The notes beneath the pieces were generated by a model, which was given only the letters and a program-made list of their open reading frames with translations, was not told the origin of the DNA and searched no databases. From positions 1 through 64,000 of the forward strand of contig JBDHAC010000001.1 of the NCBI GenBank assembly GCA_039588275.1: a stretch of 64,000 nt of DNA, read 5' to 3'. This stretch comes from Gemmatimonadota bacterium. Its GTDB lineage: Bacteria > Gemmatimonadota > Gemmatimonadetes > Palauibacterales > Palauibacteraceae. Below, piece after piece: positions 27,434 to 37,417 of the stretch (the first letter of the stretch is position 1; each line of letters starts with the position of its first letter). Made by a program: the position numbers and the translations under genes.

Positions 27434-28818
27434 TTCGGGTACAGGTCGCGGCCGACCGCGCGGCTCAGGTCGGCCAGCGCCGTGTTGAAGTCAAAGATGC
27501 TCTGGAGGTGCTCCCTCTCCATCTCGATCTTCGCCTGGAAGGCATCCACCAGATCCTGAATCTCGCCGATGCCCAGGTCGAACGTCTGCGACTCGGCGCG
27601 GAACCAGTTGTCGGCCGCGGTCAACGCGCGCTCGCTGTCCTCGACGTTCGCCGCAGCCCGAACGAGCCCCAGGTACGCCTCGCGCACGTCGAGCTGGATC
27701 TTTTCGGCCAGCGGGCTCAACTGCGCGCTCAACTTCGCGGCCTCGTGCTCGGCGATCCGCACCCGATCCCGGGTCTGGAACAGGTTCACGTTCCAATCGA
27801 AGCCCAGTACGACGCCGGGCCGGAAGAAATTCGTCGGGTTGTAGACGAACGGGTTCCTCGGGTCGAAGCGGCCCGGCGCGTGATTCCACTCCACGGCACC
27901 CGCGAGAAACAGCTGCGGGTAATACTCGCTGCGTGTCGCGCGCGCGAGCGACGACTGCGCCGCGATACCTGCCCTCAGCTGCGCCAGCTCCGGTCGACCC
28001 TCCCGAGCCATGTGGAGATACCCGGCGAGGCTGTCGAGGTTGACGGCAAGGCGTGTCAGCTCCGGCGTCTCGGCGCGGATCGGAACCCCGTCCTGGATCC
28101 CTGCGGCGGCGCGCAGCGCGGCCCGGGCCATCTCCAACCCGTCGACGGCTTCCCTCCGTCCCTTTTGAGCCCGAAACCGGTAGATCTCGAACTCGAACAG
28201 GTCGTTCTGGCTGACGGAGCCGTCCTCGTACCGTTCCTGCAGCTGCACATCCGCTTCCTCTATCTCCCTCAGGACCTCGTCCGCCACGTCCACCAGCTGC
28301 TCCCCCAGCACCATCGCCCAGTACGCCTTGCGAACCTGAAGCCGGACCTCGTCGCTGGTGGCTTCGACGCCGGCGGCGGAAGCCTCTACGCCCGCCTCGG
28401 CCGCACCGACGAGCCGGTCGATCCGCCCGAACGTGTACAGCGGCTGTACCAGCTCGAGGCTGGTCTGCGTGAACCACCCCAGGTTGTTGATCGCGTCGAC
28501 GCTGTCCGGAGAGACCAGCACGCCGAACTCGGTGATTTCCCCGCGAGCATCCGGTATCGGTCCCCACACGTTGCTGAGCCTGAGCTCCGGCACCCAGCGG
28601 GAATGACGCGCCCGTGTCCGCCTCGCTTCGGCCAATTGGAGATCGACCCGGGCGCTGCTGACGAAGGGGTGGTTGTCGAGGGCGAGCGCCTCCGCCCGGG
28701 AAAGGCTCAAGACGAGCGTGTCGGCCGACTGGGCTGGCTGAACCACCTGGGCCACACCGGGCCCCACGGGCCCCGCGCATGCCAGGGTGCAGACGATCGT
28801 GAGCCGGCGGGCGATCAC
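27430..28818 (-). CDS. TolC family outer-membrane factor
   Basis: Signal peptide; two OEP repeats (LVQPLYTFG..VRKAYW; YYPQL..VREAY). Confidence 0.9.
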   Translation of the reverse strand: MIARRLTIVCTLACAGPVGPGVAQVVQPAQSADTLVLSLSRAEALALDNHPFVSSARVDLQLAEARRTRARHSRWVPELRLSNVWGPIPDARGEITEFGVLVSPDSVDAINNLGWFTQTSLELVQPLYTFGRIDRLVGAAEAGVEASAAGVEATSDEVRLQVRKAYWAMVLGEQLVDVADEVLREIEEADVQLQERYEDGSVSQNDLFEFEIYRFRAQKGRREAVDGLEMARAALRAAAGIQDGVPIRAETPELTRLAVNLDSLAGYLHMAREGRPELAQLRAGIAAQSSLARATRSEYYPQLFLAGAVEWNHAPGRFDPRNPFVYNPTNFFRPGVVLGFDWNVNLFQTRDRVRIAEHEAAKLSAQLSPLAEKIQLDVREAYLGLVRAAANVEDSERALTAADNWFRAESQTFDLGIGEIQDLVDAFQAKIEMEREHLQSIFDFNTALADLSRAVGRDLYPN

Positions 28819-30162
28819 CTATCTGCGCCTCAACGGTCTCATGCGCTCCACGACCCCGCCGGTGACGCCGGCGGGTGCGCGCTTCAACGCCTTGAAGTCG
28901 TCGTAGTCGGCGTATGCGTACGACTCCATGTCGTTCGCGTCCGACAGCACGCCGATACCGGCGGGCTTGGAGCCCGGGTTGCCGCCGAATGTTCTGCGAT
29001 ACGCATCCCGGAGATCGAACACGTACGTGCGCCACTCTCCGAGGCCTTCACTCCCCGATCCAACGACGACCTGCCAGGGTCTGCCGATCCCCTCCCGTCG
29101 CGTCGCGGCTCCCACGGGAAGCGTGGCGCTCCACACGTACTTCACGGATTCCGGAATGCGGCCGAAGGCCACCTTCTTGATGGTGACGTACACTCCGGCC
29201 GCGCTGTCGACCCTCTCGTCATCCCGCTCGTCGGCCCCCTCGGGGATCCGATTGACCCGCAGTCGGAAGGAGATGTAGGGGTAATCGTCCAGGTTCCAGG
29301 CTTCCTCGAGGCCTATGATGACCGATTCGCCTTCATCGGTGGCTTCGAGGTATCGGTTGCCGCCCTCCTCGCGGATCCTATACGGCGGCTCGTCGTCGTC
29401 CTCCCTCTGGTCCCAACCGACCGGGAACCGTCCGAGAGGTGACGACTCGAAATCGTCCAGGATCAGCTCGTCGTGGTTGCCGAGCTTGGCGATCATGTAG
29501 GGGAACGAATAGTCGTCGATCAGGTCGTCGACCCGGTCTCGATACTCTCTCAGCAGCTCGTCACCATCGTATTCGATGTCGACGATCTTGCACGCCTCAC
29601 CCCCGGTCTTCGCGAGCCGCAGCGTGAGCTCACGTGTTCTCCCGTTGGGGGTCTCGAGCGAGTACTCGATGGCAGACGGGTCATTCCCGTCTCCGGTGGG
29701 TGTCAGGGTGGGAACGGTCCCCCGCATCTCGTCCTCGAGAAAGGAAACGAGGCCATCCCGTAACGAGATGCGCAGCGCTGCCAGAAACCGGGTGCGCTCC
29801 GCGGAGCGCATGCCGTCCCAATCGTCGCGGAAGATCTCTTGCGCGATCACGCCGACCGCCACGGTTCGATCGATCATCTCGACGGAACGGTCGGCGAACT
29901 CGTCGGACGAGAGCTGACCGCGGCCGGCCAGGAGGCTACGCCACTCTCCGACGAGGGACCGGGCCATGCCCGGAGCGGAGTCGCACGCGTCCCAGGGGGG
30001 TTGAGCCGACAGGTCCTGCCCGAAGGCCAGACCCAACAGCAGGCCCCCGAAGAGGCTCCCGACGCCGCTCCAGCGCCTCCGAGGGCGCAACCGGGCGTCG
30101 AGCCGGCTTTTCTCTCGTATCAACCCCAAGCCATCGTCCCGGGAGGGACGCGATAAGCCCAT
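28819..30162 (-). CDS. MlaC-like plus DUF3047 fusion protein
   Basis: N-half CKIVDIEYDGDELLREYR (MlaC-like); C-half YPYISFRLRV, DSAAGVYV, VKYVWS, GIGVLSDAND, ADYDDF; GGAGG RBS. Confidence 0.75.
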   Translation of the reverse strand: MGLSRPSRDDGLGLIREKSRLDARLRPRRRWSGVGSLFGGLLLGLAFGQDLSAQPPWDACDSAPGMARSLVGEWRSLLAGRGQLSSDEFADRSVEMIDRTVAVGVIAQEIFRDDWDGMRSAERTRFLAALRISLRDGLVSFLEDEMRGTVPTLTPTGDGNDPSAIEYSLETPNGRTRELTLRLAKTGGEACKIVDIEYDGDELLREYRDRVDDLIDDYSFPYMIAKLGNHDELILDDFESSPLGRFPVGWDQREDDDEPPYRIREEGGNRYLEATDEGESVIIGLEEAWNLDDYPYISFRLRVNRIPEGADERDDERVDSAAGVYVTIKKVAFGRIPESVKYVWSATLPVGAATRREGIGRPWQVVVGSGSEGLGEWRTYVFDLRDAYRRTFGGNPGSKPAGIGVLSDANDMESYAYADYDDFKALKRAPAGVTGGVVERMRPLRRR

Positions 30163-30333
30163 ATGGTCCTCCGTCCGCCAAATCCGCGTGTCGCTGTGGA
30201 AAACGGACCCCCGCTCGCCTCTCGGGTTCCATCCAACTCGGTCGGGCGCAAAAACATCCGAGCCATCCGTTCGGTTCCGCAAGCCACGCGCCAGCCACCC
30301 GAAGACGCACGAGCCACGCTCTCGGTCACCGCC

Positions 30334-31872
30334 TCAGCCCGAGTCCGACGTCGGGTGTCTGGCTGATCGGAAGGCCGCCCGGACGCGATCCAGCTGTTCA
30401 CGGTCCTCCGGCTCCAGTCCAAGAACGTACAGCGCCCCTAGATATGTGACCGCCAGCGCGGGGATTCCGAGCACGATACCGAGCGCCGGGACGCCGGCGG
30501 TGAGCCGTTGCAGCGCCAACACCACGCCGAGCGCCGGTACCAGCGCGACGAGCGGCTTGAGAATCGACGGGGCCACGGTCGTCAGGCCGAAGAGACGCCG
30601 GTTGAGGTAGATCCTGGCCGCGTTCACGACGGTGACCGTTAAGATGGTCGCCACTGCCGCGCCTTCCAGGCCCATCGCCCCGATCAGCCAGACGTTGGCG
30701 GCAACCGCGAGGATGAACATTCCGACTCCCAGGACCACGTTGACGAACGGACGCAGAAAGACGAACGGGAGATCGCTCACGCCCAGACTGCCGTTTATCG
30801 CATCTCCGATCGAAAGGAGCACGAGCACCGTGGCGCCGGTCGCGAAGCCCGCGCCCATGAGACCGAGCAGGTCATCGCCCCACAGGGCGTAGAGCGCCAC
30901 CACGGCCGTCATGGCCGTGAAGATCCAGCGCGACACGAGGGCGATCTGCTGTGCCGCCCGGGCGCGCTCGCCGGCTCCGAGGCTCGCGGACACGACGGGG
31001 GCCAGAATCCGGTCGAATCCCAGGCGGATCTTCTTGGTGACCGTCGTGAACTGTCGCGCCATCCCGTACACCCCGACAGCCGAGGCAGGCATGAAGTACG
31101 ACACGAGGAAGATGTCCACCCGGTCGGTGATGAACGCGAGAACCTCGTATCCTGCCGTGGGCGCGCTGAATGCGATCATCTCGCGCATCTCGCTCCGCCG
31201 GGGCCGGACCTCTACGCACTTTCGTACCGAGTAGATGCGCGTGAAGAAGAAGGCGGACAGCAGCGCCGCCGCGGCGAGCGACGCGACATACCCGATCGCG
31301 AGACCGTGCTCGCGCGCCCCCGCCAGGTAGGCGAGCACGATGACGACCGTGAGCGTGATGGGCTCGGCCAGGCTGCGCGCGTAGAGGTCGAAGCGCATCT
31401 GTCGCGTGAAGCGGATCGCGGCCAGAAGGATCTCGGAGAGGACGATGAGAGGGATCGCGGCCGACAGGATGCGCAGAGTGGTGCCCGCGGTCTCCAGGTT
31501 GAACAATCCTGCCAGCGAATGGGCGCCTGCGGCGAGCGCCAGGGCGAGGATCACGGCCGCGGCGAACGTGACGGCCACGGCCGTGGTGACGGCCCGGTAC
31601 GCGACGCCGGTCCGAGCGATCTCGTCGCTCATGAACTTGTAGACCGAGCGCCTCATCCCGAACGTCGCCAGCGCCGCCGCCGTCTCGACGACCGAGATCC
31701 CGAACGTGAACGCGCCGAACCTGGCCTCGCCGTACAGGAGGCCGGCGAGGAAGATGAACGGAACCCGGCTGCCGAGCCGCGCGATGTAGCCCACGTAGTT
31801 GACGCCGGCACCGCGCGCCAGGTCGCGCGCGTCTGTCTCCGGGGTGGTCTGCGATGAGGATAGATCGGTCAT
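30334..31872 (-). CDS. Oligosaccharide flippase (Wzx/MOP family)
   Basis: About 14 TM helices; DRVDIFLVSYF..AVGVYGMA. Confidence 0.88.
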   Translation of the reverse strand: MTDLSSSQTTPETDARDLARGAGVNYVGYIARLGSRVPFIFLAGLLYGEARFGAFTFGISVVETAAALATFGMRRSVYKFMSDEIARTGVAYRAVTTAVAVTFAAAVILALALAAGAHSLAGLFNLETAGTTLRILSAAIPLIVLSEILLAAIRFTRQMRFDLYARSLAEPITLTVVIVLAYLAGAREHGLAIGYVASLAAAALLSAFFFTRIYSVRKCVEVRPRRSEMREMIAFSAPTAGYEVLAFITDRVDIFLVSYFMPASAVGVYGMARQFTTVTKKIRLGFDRILAPVVSASLGAGERARAAQQIALVSRWIFTAMTAVVALYALWGDDLLGLMGAGFATGATVLVLLSIGDAINGSLGVSDLPFVFLRPFVNVVLGVGMFILAVAANVWLIGAMGLEGAAVATILTVTVVNAARIYLNRRLFGLTTVAPSILKPLVALVPALGVVLALQRLTAGVPALGIVLGIPALAVTYLGALYVLGLEPEDREQLDRVRAAFRSARHPTSDSG

Positions 31873-31983
31873 TTCGCGGCCCGCATACTGGCGCGGGAGG
31901 GCCCGGAGAGGCAAATCAATGTTCGACCCAAGCCCGGGCTCCTCCGGCCAAGCCGGATCATGCGACCTGTTTCGGAGATCTCA

Positions 31984-32955
31984 ATGCATCCGGCCCTGAG
32001 CCGACTTCGCAGAAAATTCACCCCGGCCGGACCGTCCGCCGCGTCCGAACCGGGCATGGAGTACGTGAAGTACCTCGCGTTCTCCACTTTCACGCCGTCC
32101 TTCCCCCAGATCATCCAGATCCAGACCAAGTACGGGTGCAACGCCCGCTGCGTCTTCTGCCCGATGGGGCGAGAGCAGAACCAGATCCAGGGACTGATGG
32201 ATGATGTCACTTTCCAGCGGATCGTGGATGAAGCGGTCGAGAACCGGGTGAAGGTGTTGAGCCCCTACCTGCAGAACGATCCGCTCGTAGACCGCCGGAT
32301 CCACGAACGCGTCGCCTACATTCGCGAACGACGCGGCCGCAAGCGCCTGCCGCGGACGAAGCTGATCACGAACGGGGCCCTGCTGACCGAAGACAGGGCC
32401 TATAATCTGATTCGTTCCGGTCTCGAGCACATCGTTTTCAGCGTGCACGGAATCGACCCGCAGGTCTACGAGGACCTCATGCAGGGCCCTCGGTTCTCGC
32501 GAACGCTCGAGAACATCGAGACGTTCGTGCGCGTTCGAGATGAGCTGAAATCGAGGACGCCCAAGACCCAGGTATGGGCGGTTCTCACCGAGGATGTGGA
32601 ACGGCAGCTGGACGACGTCGGTAAGTTCTGGAAGGAGCGCGGCATCTCCTTCAAGGCACGCCCACTCGACAATCGGGCACATCCGGAGATCACGGAGAAC
32701 ACCGACCTGGTCGAGGCCGACGACGGGTGGCGGTATGCGACGTGGTGTACCATCCCCTTCTGGAGGGCCTGGATCCTCTGGAACGGAGACGTGGTCCTGT
32801 GCTGCGTCGACTGGGAGCGCAAGCACGTCTTCGGAAACATCCACGAGAATTCGATCCGCGAGATCTGGAACAGCGACGCCTACGAGAAGTACCGCGAGCG
32901 GATGCGGAAGAACGACTTCGCGGGGACTCTGTGTGAAAACTGTCAGGGAGTTTGA
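31984..32955 (+). CDS. Radical SAM protein with SPASM/twitch domain
   Basis: CNARCVFC; C-terminal CTIPF..GDVVLCC..FGNI..CENC. Confidence 0.92.
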   Translation: MHPALSRLRRKFTPAGPSAASEPGMEYVKYLAFSTFTPSFPQIIQIQTKYGCNARCVFCPMGREQNQIQGLMDDVTFQRIVDEAVENRVKVLSPYLQNDPLVDRRIHERVAYIRERRGRKRLPRTKLITNGALLTEDRAYNLIRSGLEHIVFSVHGIDPQVYEDLMQGPRFSRTLENIETFVRVRDELKSRTPKTQVWAVLTEDVERQLDDVGKFWKERGISFKARPLDNRAHPEITENTDLVEADDGWRYATWCTIPFWRAWILWNGDVVLCCVDWERKHVFGNIHENSIREIWNSDAYEKYRERMRKNDFAGTLCENCQGV

Positions 32956-34192
32956 CGAGGCGCCGCCGCGGTATGGTCACCCCGAACTTGCCGCTCATGA
33001 GCGGCGCGACGAGCTCGGGCGGCTGGCCGGCCTGAGGGTCGCGTACCTCTCCGATCAACAGTATCCGAACGAGAAAGCCGACGCGGAGCAGGTCGTGAAC
33101 ACCGTCTCCGCGCTCGCCGCGGAGGGGCTGGATATCCGCCTGATTATTCCGCGAGGCTGGCGAACCCTCGGCGTCCCCAAGCGGCGTCGCGTCGAGAAGC
33201 TGAGGGGGTTCTACGGTCTCGCAGAGAGCCTGCGCACGACGGAGCTCATCACTCTGCCTTCGCTTCCTCTTCGCCCCGAGAAGCAAACGCACGGAATCCT
33301 GGCGCCGCTCTGGGCCAGGCTCGGAGGATATCAGCTCGTCTACACGCGGAATCCGCTGCCCGCATACGTGGCTACCCTCCTGGGCTTGCCGGTGGTCTTC
33401 GAGACGTATCGCATCCACCGGTCCACGAGCCCGGTAGGGAGGTGGTTGGGCCGGTGGTCACGATCGCGGCGGCTGCTGGGAATCATCACCCACTCCAGCA
33501 TCTCCAGTGACGGCCTGGTGGGTTGCGGCGTCGAGCCGAACAAGATCCGTGCGATACACAACGGCTTCAATCCGGCGCTCTTCGAGGACGCGCTGTCTCG
33601 AGCCGAAGCCCGGCGACGGCTGGGGCTGCCGGTCGATGGCAAGATCGCCTGCTACGCCGGCCGGATGGACAGAAGGAAGGGCATCGGATCGTTACTCGAG
33701 CTCGCGCAGAGGACGCCCGAGATCACGTACTGGCTCATCGGCAAGTCGCAGCAGGACCGCGAGGGGTGGGTCGCCCGCTGGGTCGCCGAGCAGGGCGTGA
33801 CGAACGTCCGGCGGATCCCCTGGATGACGGAGGAGAGCCTGGTCGAGTACCTGTGGGCGGCGGACGCGCTGTTGATCCCGCCGACCGCGCAACCGTTGCA
33901 CAGGTACGGGAAGACCGTGCTGCCGATGAAGCTGTTCAAGTACCTCGCCGCGGGCCGCCCGATCCTGGCTCCCGAGCTGCCGGACACCGAGGATGTCCTG
34001 AACGACCGCAACGCGGTCCTCGTGGCGCCGGACGAGCTGGAGGCAGCCGCCGACGCCGTCCGCAGGATCGTTGACGATGCTGCCTTGTCCACCTCTCTGG
34101 CCACTCAGGCAAGGACCGACGCTCGGGACCTGACCTGGGAGGCCCGGGCACGCAGGATCATCGCGTTCATAGAGGAGCGCCTATCGGCATGA
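32933..34192 (+). CDS. Glycosyltransferase family 4 (start uncertain)
   Basis: IHNGF, YAGRMDRRKG, PMKLFKYLAAGRPI, TWEARARRI. Confidence 0.88.
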   Translation: MKTVREFDEAPPRYGHPELAAHERRDELGRLAGLRVAYLSDQQYPNEKADAEQVVNTVSALAAEGLDIRLIIPRGWRTLGVPKRRRVEKLRGFYGLAESLRTTELITLPSLPLRPEKQTHGILAPLWARLGGYQLVYTRNPLPAYVATLLGLPVVFETYRIHRSTSPVGRWLGRWSRSRRLLGIITHSSISSDGLVGCGVEPNKIRAIHNGFNPALFEDALSRAEARRRLGLPVDGKIACYAGRMDRRKGIGSLLELAQRTPEITYWLIGKSQQDREGWVARWVAEQGVTNVRRIPWMTEESLVEYLWAADALLIPPTAQPLHRYGKTVLPMKLFKYLAAGRPILAPELPDTEDVLNDRNAVLVAPDELEAAADAVRRIVDDAALSTSLATQARTDARDLTWEARARRIIAFIEERLSA

Positions 34193-35232
34193 GGGCGCCC
34201 CGGCTTCTTCCGTGGCCCGACCCACGCCGGAAGGAGAACCCTTACCAGAAGGTCGTCTACGCCGGTCTGACGGCGAACGGTATCCGGATTCGTCGGACGC
34301 CGCCTCTCTTTTCGCTGATTCCATTCGCGCCGAGCTCCGACTGGTTGCACCTGAACTGGCCGGAGACCCTGTTCGCCGCTCGTGACTCCGCCGGGCGAGA
34401 AAGGAAGCTCGCTCGCTTCGTCCACACCGTGCGCCGGGTGAAGCGACGGGGGACGAAGATCCTGTGGACCATGCACAACGAGTTCCCGCATGAGGAGGTC
34501 GACGCGGACCTCCACCGGGGCGCCAACGCGCGGCTGTGCGAGCTGAGCGACCTGATTCACGTCCATTTCCCGCAGGCCGCCGAACATCTGGCGCTGGAAT
34601 ACCGAGCGGATCCCGATGCGATCCACGTGATGCCGCACCCGCACTACGGAGATTACTACGGAGAGCCGATCCCGAAACGCAGGGCGAGAGCCGAGATCGG
34701 GATCGACGAGGACGTCCGCGTGGTCCTCATCTTCGGCTACCTGCGGCGGTACAAGGGGATCGAGTCGGCGGTCGAGAGCCTCCTGGGAGCGCGGAATGAT
34801 CGACTTCGCCTTCTGATAGCCGGGAAGCCGGAGGATGACGCGCTCGTGAACGTCCTGAGGTCGGCGCGCGAGGAGGACAGGAGGCTCATCCTGAGACTCT
34901 CGCGGATACCCGACAGCGAGGTGGCGCCGCTGTTCGCCGCGGCCGACGCGTTCCTGCTCCCGAGTCGGCGCTCCTTCACCTCGGGCTCTCTGATGCTCGC
35001 GCTGACCTACGGCTTGCCGGTGATCGCCGTCCCACGGAACCACGCGTCGACGTTCCTCGGCACGTCATTCTTCCAGCCCTGGGAGCCGCCGACGACCGAC
35101 AACCTGACCGCGTTGTTGGAGGCTCTGGACGACTGGCTGGCCGGCGTCCGAGTCGAAGAGCTGGAGCGAGTCAGGGCGGAGTTCGACGCCGAGCGTCTAT
35201 CGGAGGGTTTGAGCGACAGATTGAGACGATGA
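34189..35232 (+). CDS. Glycosyltransferase family 4
   Basis: NPYQ, WTMHNEFPHE, FGYLRRYKG, TSGSLMLALTYGLPVI. Confidence 0.88.
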   Translation: MRAPRLLPWPDPRRKENPYQKVVYAGLTANGIRIRRTPPLFSLIPFAPSSDWLHLNWPETLFAARDSAGRERKLARFVHTVRRVKRRGTKILWTMHNEFPHEEVDADLHRGANARLCELSDLIHVHFPQAAEHLALEYRADPDAIHVMPHPHYGDYYGEPIPKRRARAEIGIDEDVRVVLIFGYLRRYKGIESAVESLLGARNDRLRLLIAGKPEDDALVNVLRSAREEDRRLILRLSRIPDSEVAPLFAAADAFLLPSRRSFTSGSLMLALTYGLPVIAVPRNHASTFLGTSFFQPWEPPTTDNLTALLEALDDWLAGVRVEELERVRAEFDAERLSEGLSDRLRR

Positions 35233-35434
35233 GCCACCGAGGTGTGTGGCCCCGCGCTCGTCTTCGGAGCGCGACTGGCCCCACCTCCGTCGGTTCGAGG
35301 CGTTCGGCGAGCATCCTTTTCGCGCTTCATCGCATCAAACGAATGGGTCGAATCCGCGAAGCGGAACCGGCCGAACTGCGATCATGATCGAAAAACGATC
35401 CGGCCCAGCGCCGTTCACCGCAAAAGGATTCCCG

Positions 35435-37255
35435 ATGAAGAACGGACGAAGATCCGCGTATATCGGTCTCGCCCTGACATGGCTCGTCAGTGGTCTCGCC
35501 CTCGCCCAGACGGTCGGGTCCGCGCGCTCGGCCACGATCTCCGATGTGGGATATCAGGTCACGTTCGACGAGACCACCGCCCCCTTCAGACAGATCTCGG
35601 TGACCATGTCCTTCCGGGCGGCCGGCTCGGGACCCGTCATCCTGTCGCTACCGGCCTGGACGCCAGGCTCTTACGAGCTCGACAACTATGCTCGGAACAT
35701 CGTGAGCTTCGAGGCCCGCTCGGGCGATACCGCACTACGCTGGGACAAGGTGGATTGGGACACGTGGCGCGTGTTCCCGGCAGGCTCGGGGGAGGTGACC
35801 GTCGGGTTCGACTACCGCGCGGACGCCCTGGACACCGGGAGCGCATGGACGGCGCCCGACTTCGCCTTCTTCAACGGCACCAACCTGTTCCTCTACCCGG
35901 AGGGCCAGGGGTACGCGTTCTCCGCACGGGTGACGTTCCAAACCGAGCCGGACTGGCAGGTGGCTACCGGGATGACGCCGGGTGCGGGCGAGCACGAGTA
36001 CGTGGCGGCGGATTTTCACGAGCTGGTCGACATGCCGACGTTCATCGGCCACTTCGACATGGACGGCGCGGCGATCGACGGCGTCCAGCACCGGCTTGCC
36101 ACCTATCCGGCGGGAGCCGTGACGGGTGAGCATCGCGAAGGGATCTGGGATCAGCTGCGCGGGATGATGCCGCCCATGGCCGCCGTGTTCGATGAGACGC
36201 CGTTCGAGGCGTACACGACGCTGATGGTGTTCCCGCAGGAGTTCGGCGGCGCCTCGGCGCTCGAGCACCGCAACTCGCACCTCGGCATCTACACGCCCCA
36301 GCTCGTGGGCAGCCCCATACTCGCCTCCGTGGTGGCGCACGAGATCTTCCACGCCTGGAACGTGAAGCGGCTGCGCCCCGCCCCGCTGGTGCCGTACGAC
36401 TACGGTCATGCGCAACCGACGACGCTGCTGTGGGTGAGCGAGGGCATCACCAGCTACTATGACGATCTGTCTCTGGTCCGCGGCGGCGTGTTCGGGCCCG
36501 AGTATTTCTATCAGTCGACCGGCGGTGACATCGCCACGACCGAGTCGGCGGGGGCCGTCGCGCTCGAGGATGCGTCTCTCACGACCTGGATCGGCTCCCG
36601 GGACGGCACGGGGGGCATCTACTACCCGAAGGGCGCCGTGGCGGGCTTTCTCCTGGACATCTTGATCCGCGATGCCACGGACAACGAAGCCTCGCTCGAC
36701 GACGTGATGCGGGAGCTGTACTGGGGCACCTACAAGGAGACCTTCACGGGCTTCAGCGAAGCCGCCTGGTGGGATGCGGTCAGTCGCGCCGCGGGAGGCG
36801 CGTCGTTCGACGATTTCTACGCCCGCTACGTGGACGGCCGCGAGCCCTACCCGTGGGACGAGGTGCTGCCGCTCGCCGGGTTGAGCCTCCAGCAGGTGAC
36901 CACGGTTCGACCGCTGGTAGGCATCTTCGCCGAGTACGACAGCCTCGGCGTACGGGTCGCTGGTCTCTCGCCCGGCGGAGCGGCGGCGGACGGCGGCATC
37001 CGGGAGGGCGACTACCTGCTAAGGGCGGGTCCCGTCGAGCTCGGCACGCCCCAGGACTTCGACGAGTTTCGGGCCCACTTCTCGGACATCCCCGAGGGCA
37101 CGGCGTACGAGGTCGTCGTGCGGCGAGGTGAGGAGGAGGTCGCGCTCGAGCTGGATCTGCGGCTCTCCGAGGACGTGCAATACACCCTGGACGAGGATCC
37201 GAACGCCTCACCCAAGGCGGTTCGAATCAGGGAGAGCCTGCTGACGGGGACCTGA
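35435..37255 (+). CDS. M61 glycyl aminopeptidase family metallopeptidase with PDZ domain
   Basis: LPAWTPGSY, ALEH, HEIFHAWNVKR, LWVSEGITSYY, YYPKG, C-terminal PDZ. Confidence 0.93.
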   Translation: MKNGRRSAYIGLALTWLVSGLALAQTVGSARSATISDVGYQVTFDETTAPFRQISVTMSFRAAGSGPVILSLPAWTPGSYELDNYARNIVSFEARSGDTALRWDKVDWDTWRVFPAGSGEVTVGFDYRADALDTGSAWTAPDFAFFNGTNLFLYPEGQGYAFSARVTFQTEPDWQVATGMTPGAGEHEYVAADFHELVDMPTFIGHFDMDGAAIDGVQHRLATYPAGAVTGEHREGIWDQLRGMMPPMAAVFDETPFEAYTTLMVFPQEFGGASALEHRNSHLGIYTPQLVGSPILASVVAHEIFHAWNVKRLRPAPLVPYDYGHAQPTTLLWVSEGITSYYDDLSLVRGGVFGPEYFYQSTGGDIATTESAGAVALEDASLTTWIGSRDGTGGIYYPKGAVAGFLLDILIRDATDNEASLDDVMRELYWGTYKETFTGFSEAAWWDAVSRAAGGASFDDFYARYVDGREPYPWDEVLPLAGLSLQQVTTVRPLVGIFAEYDSLGVRVAGLSPGGAAADGGIREGDYLLRAGPVELGTPQDFDEFRAHFSDIPEGTAYEVVVRRGEEEVALELDLRLSEDVQYTLDEDPNASPKAVRIRESLLTGT

Positions 37256-37417
37256 CCGCTCCGCCGCCGGGCACCTCACGGTGCCGGGCCGACACCGCAG
37301 GGCCACCGCGGGTGAGCCATACGCTCTCCCGAGTCTTGTACCCGTGCGATCCGCGTCCGATAGTCAGGCATCCGCCCGAACGACATCCGACCGAAGGACC
37401 GAGTCCGAGGAGGACCC

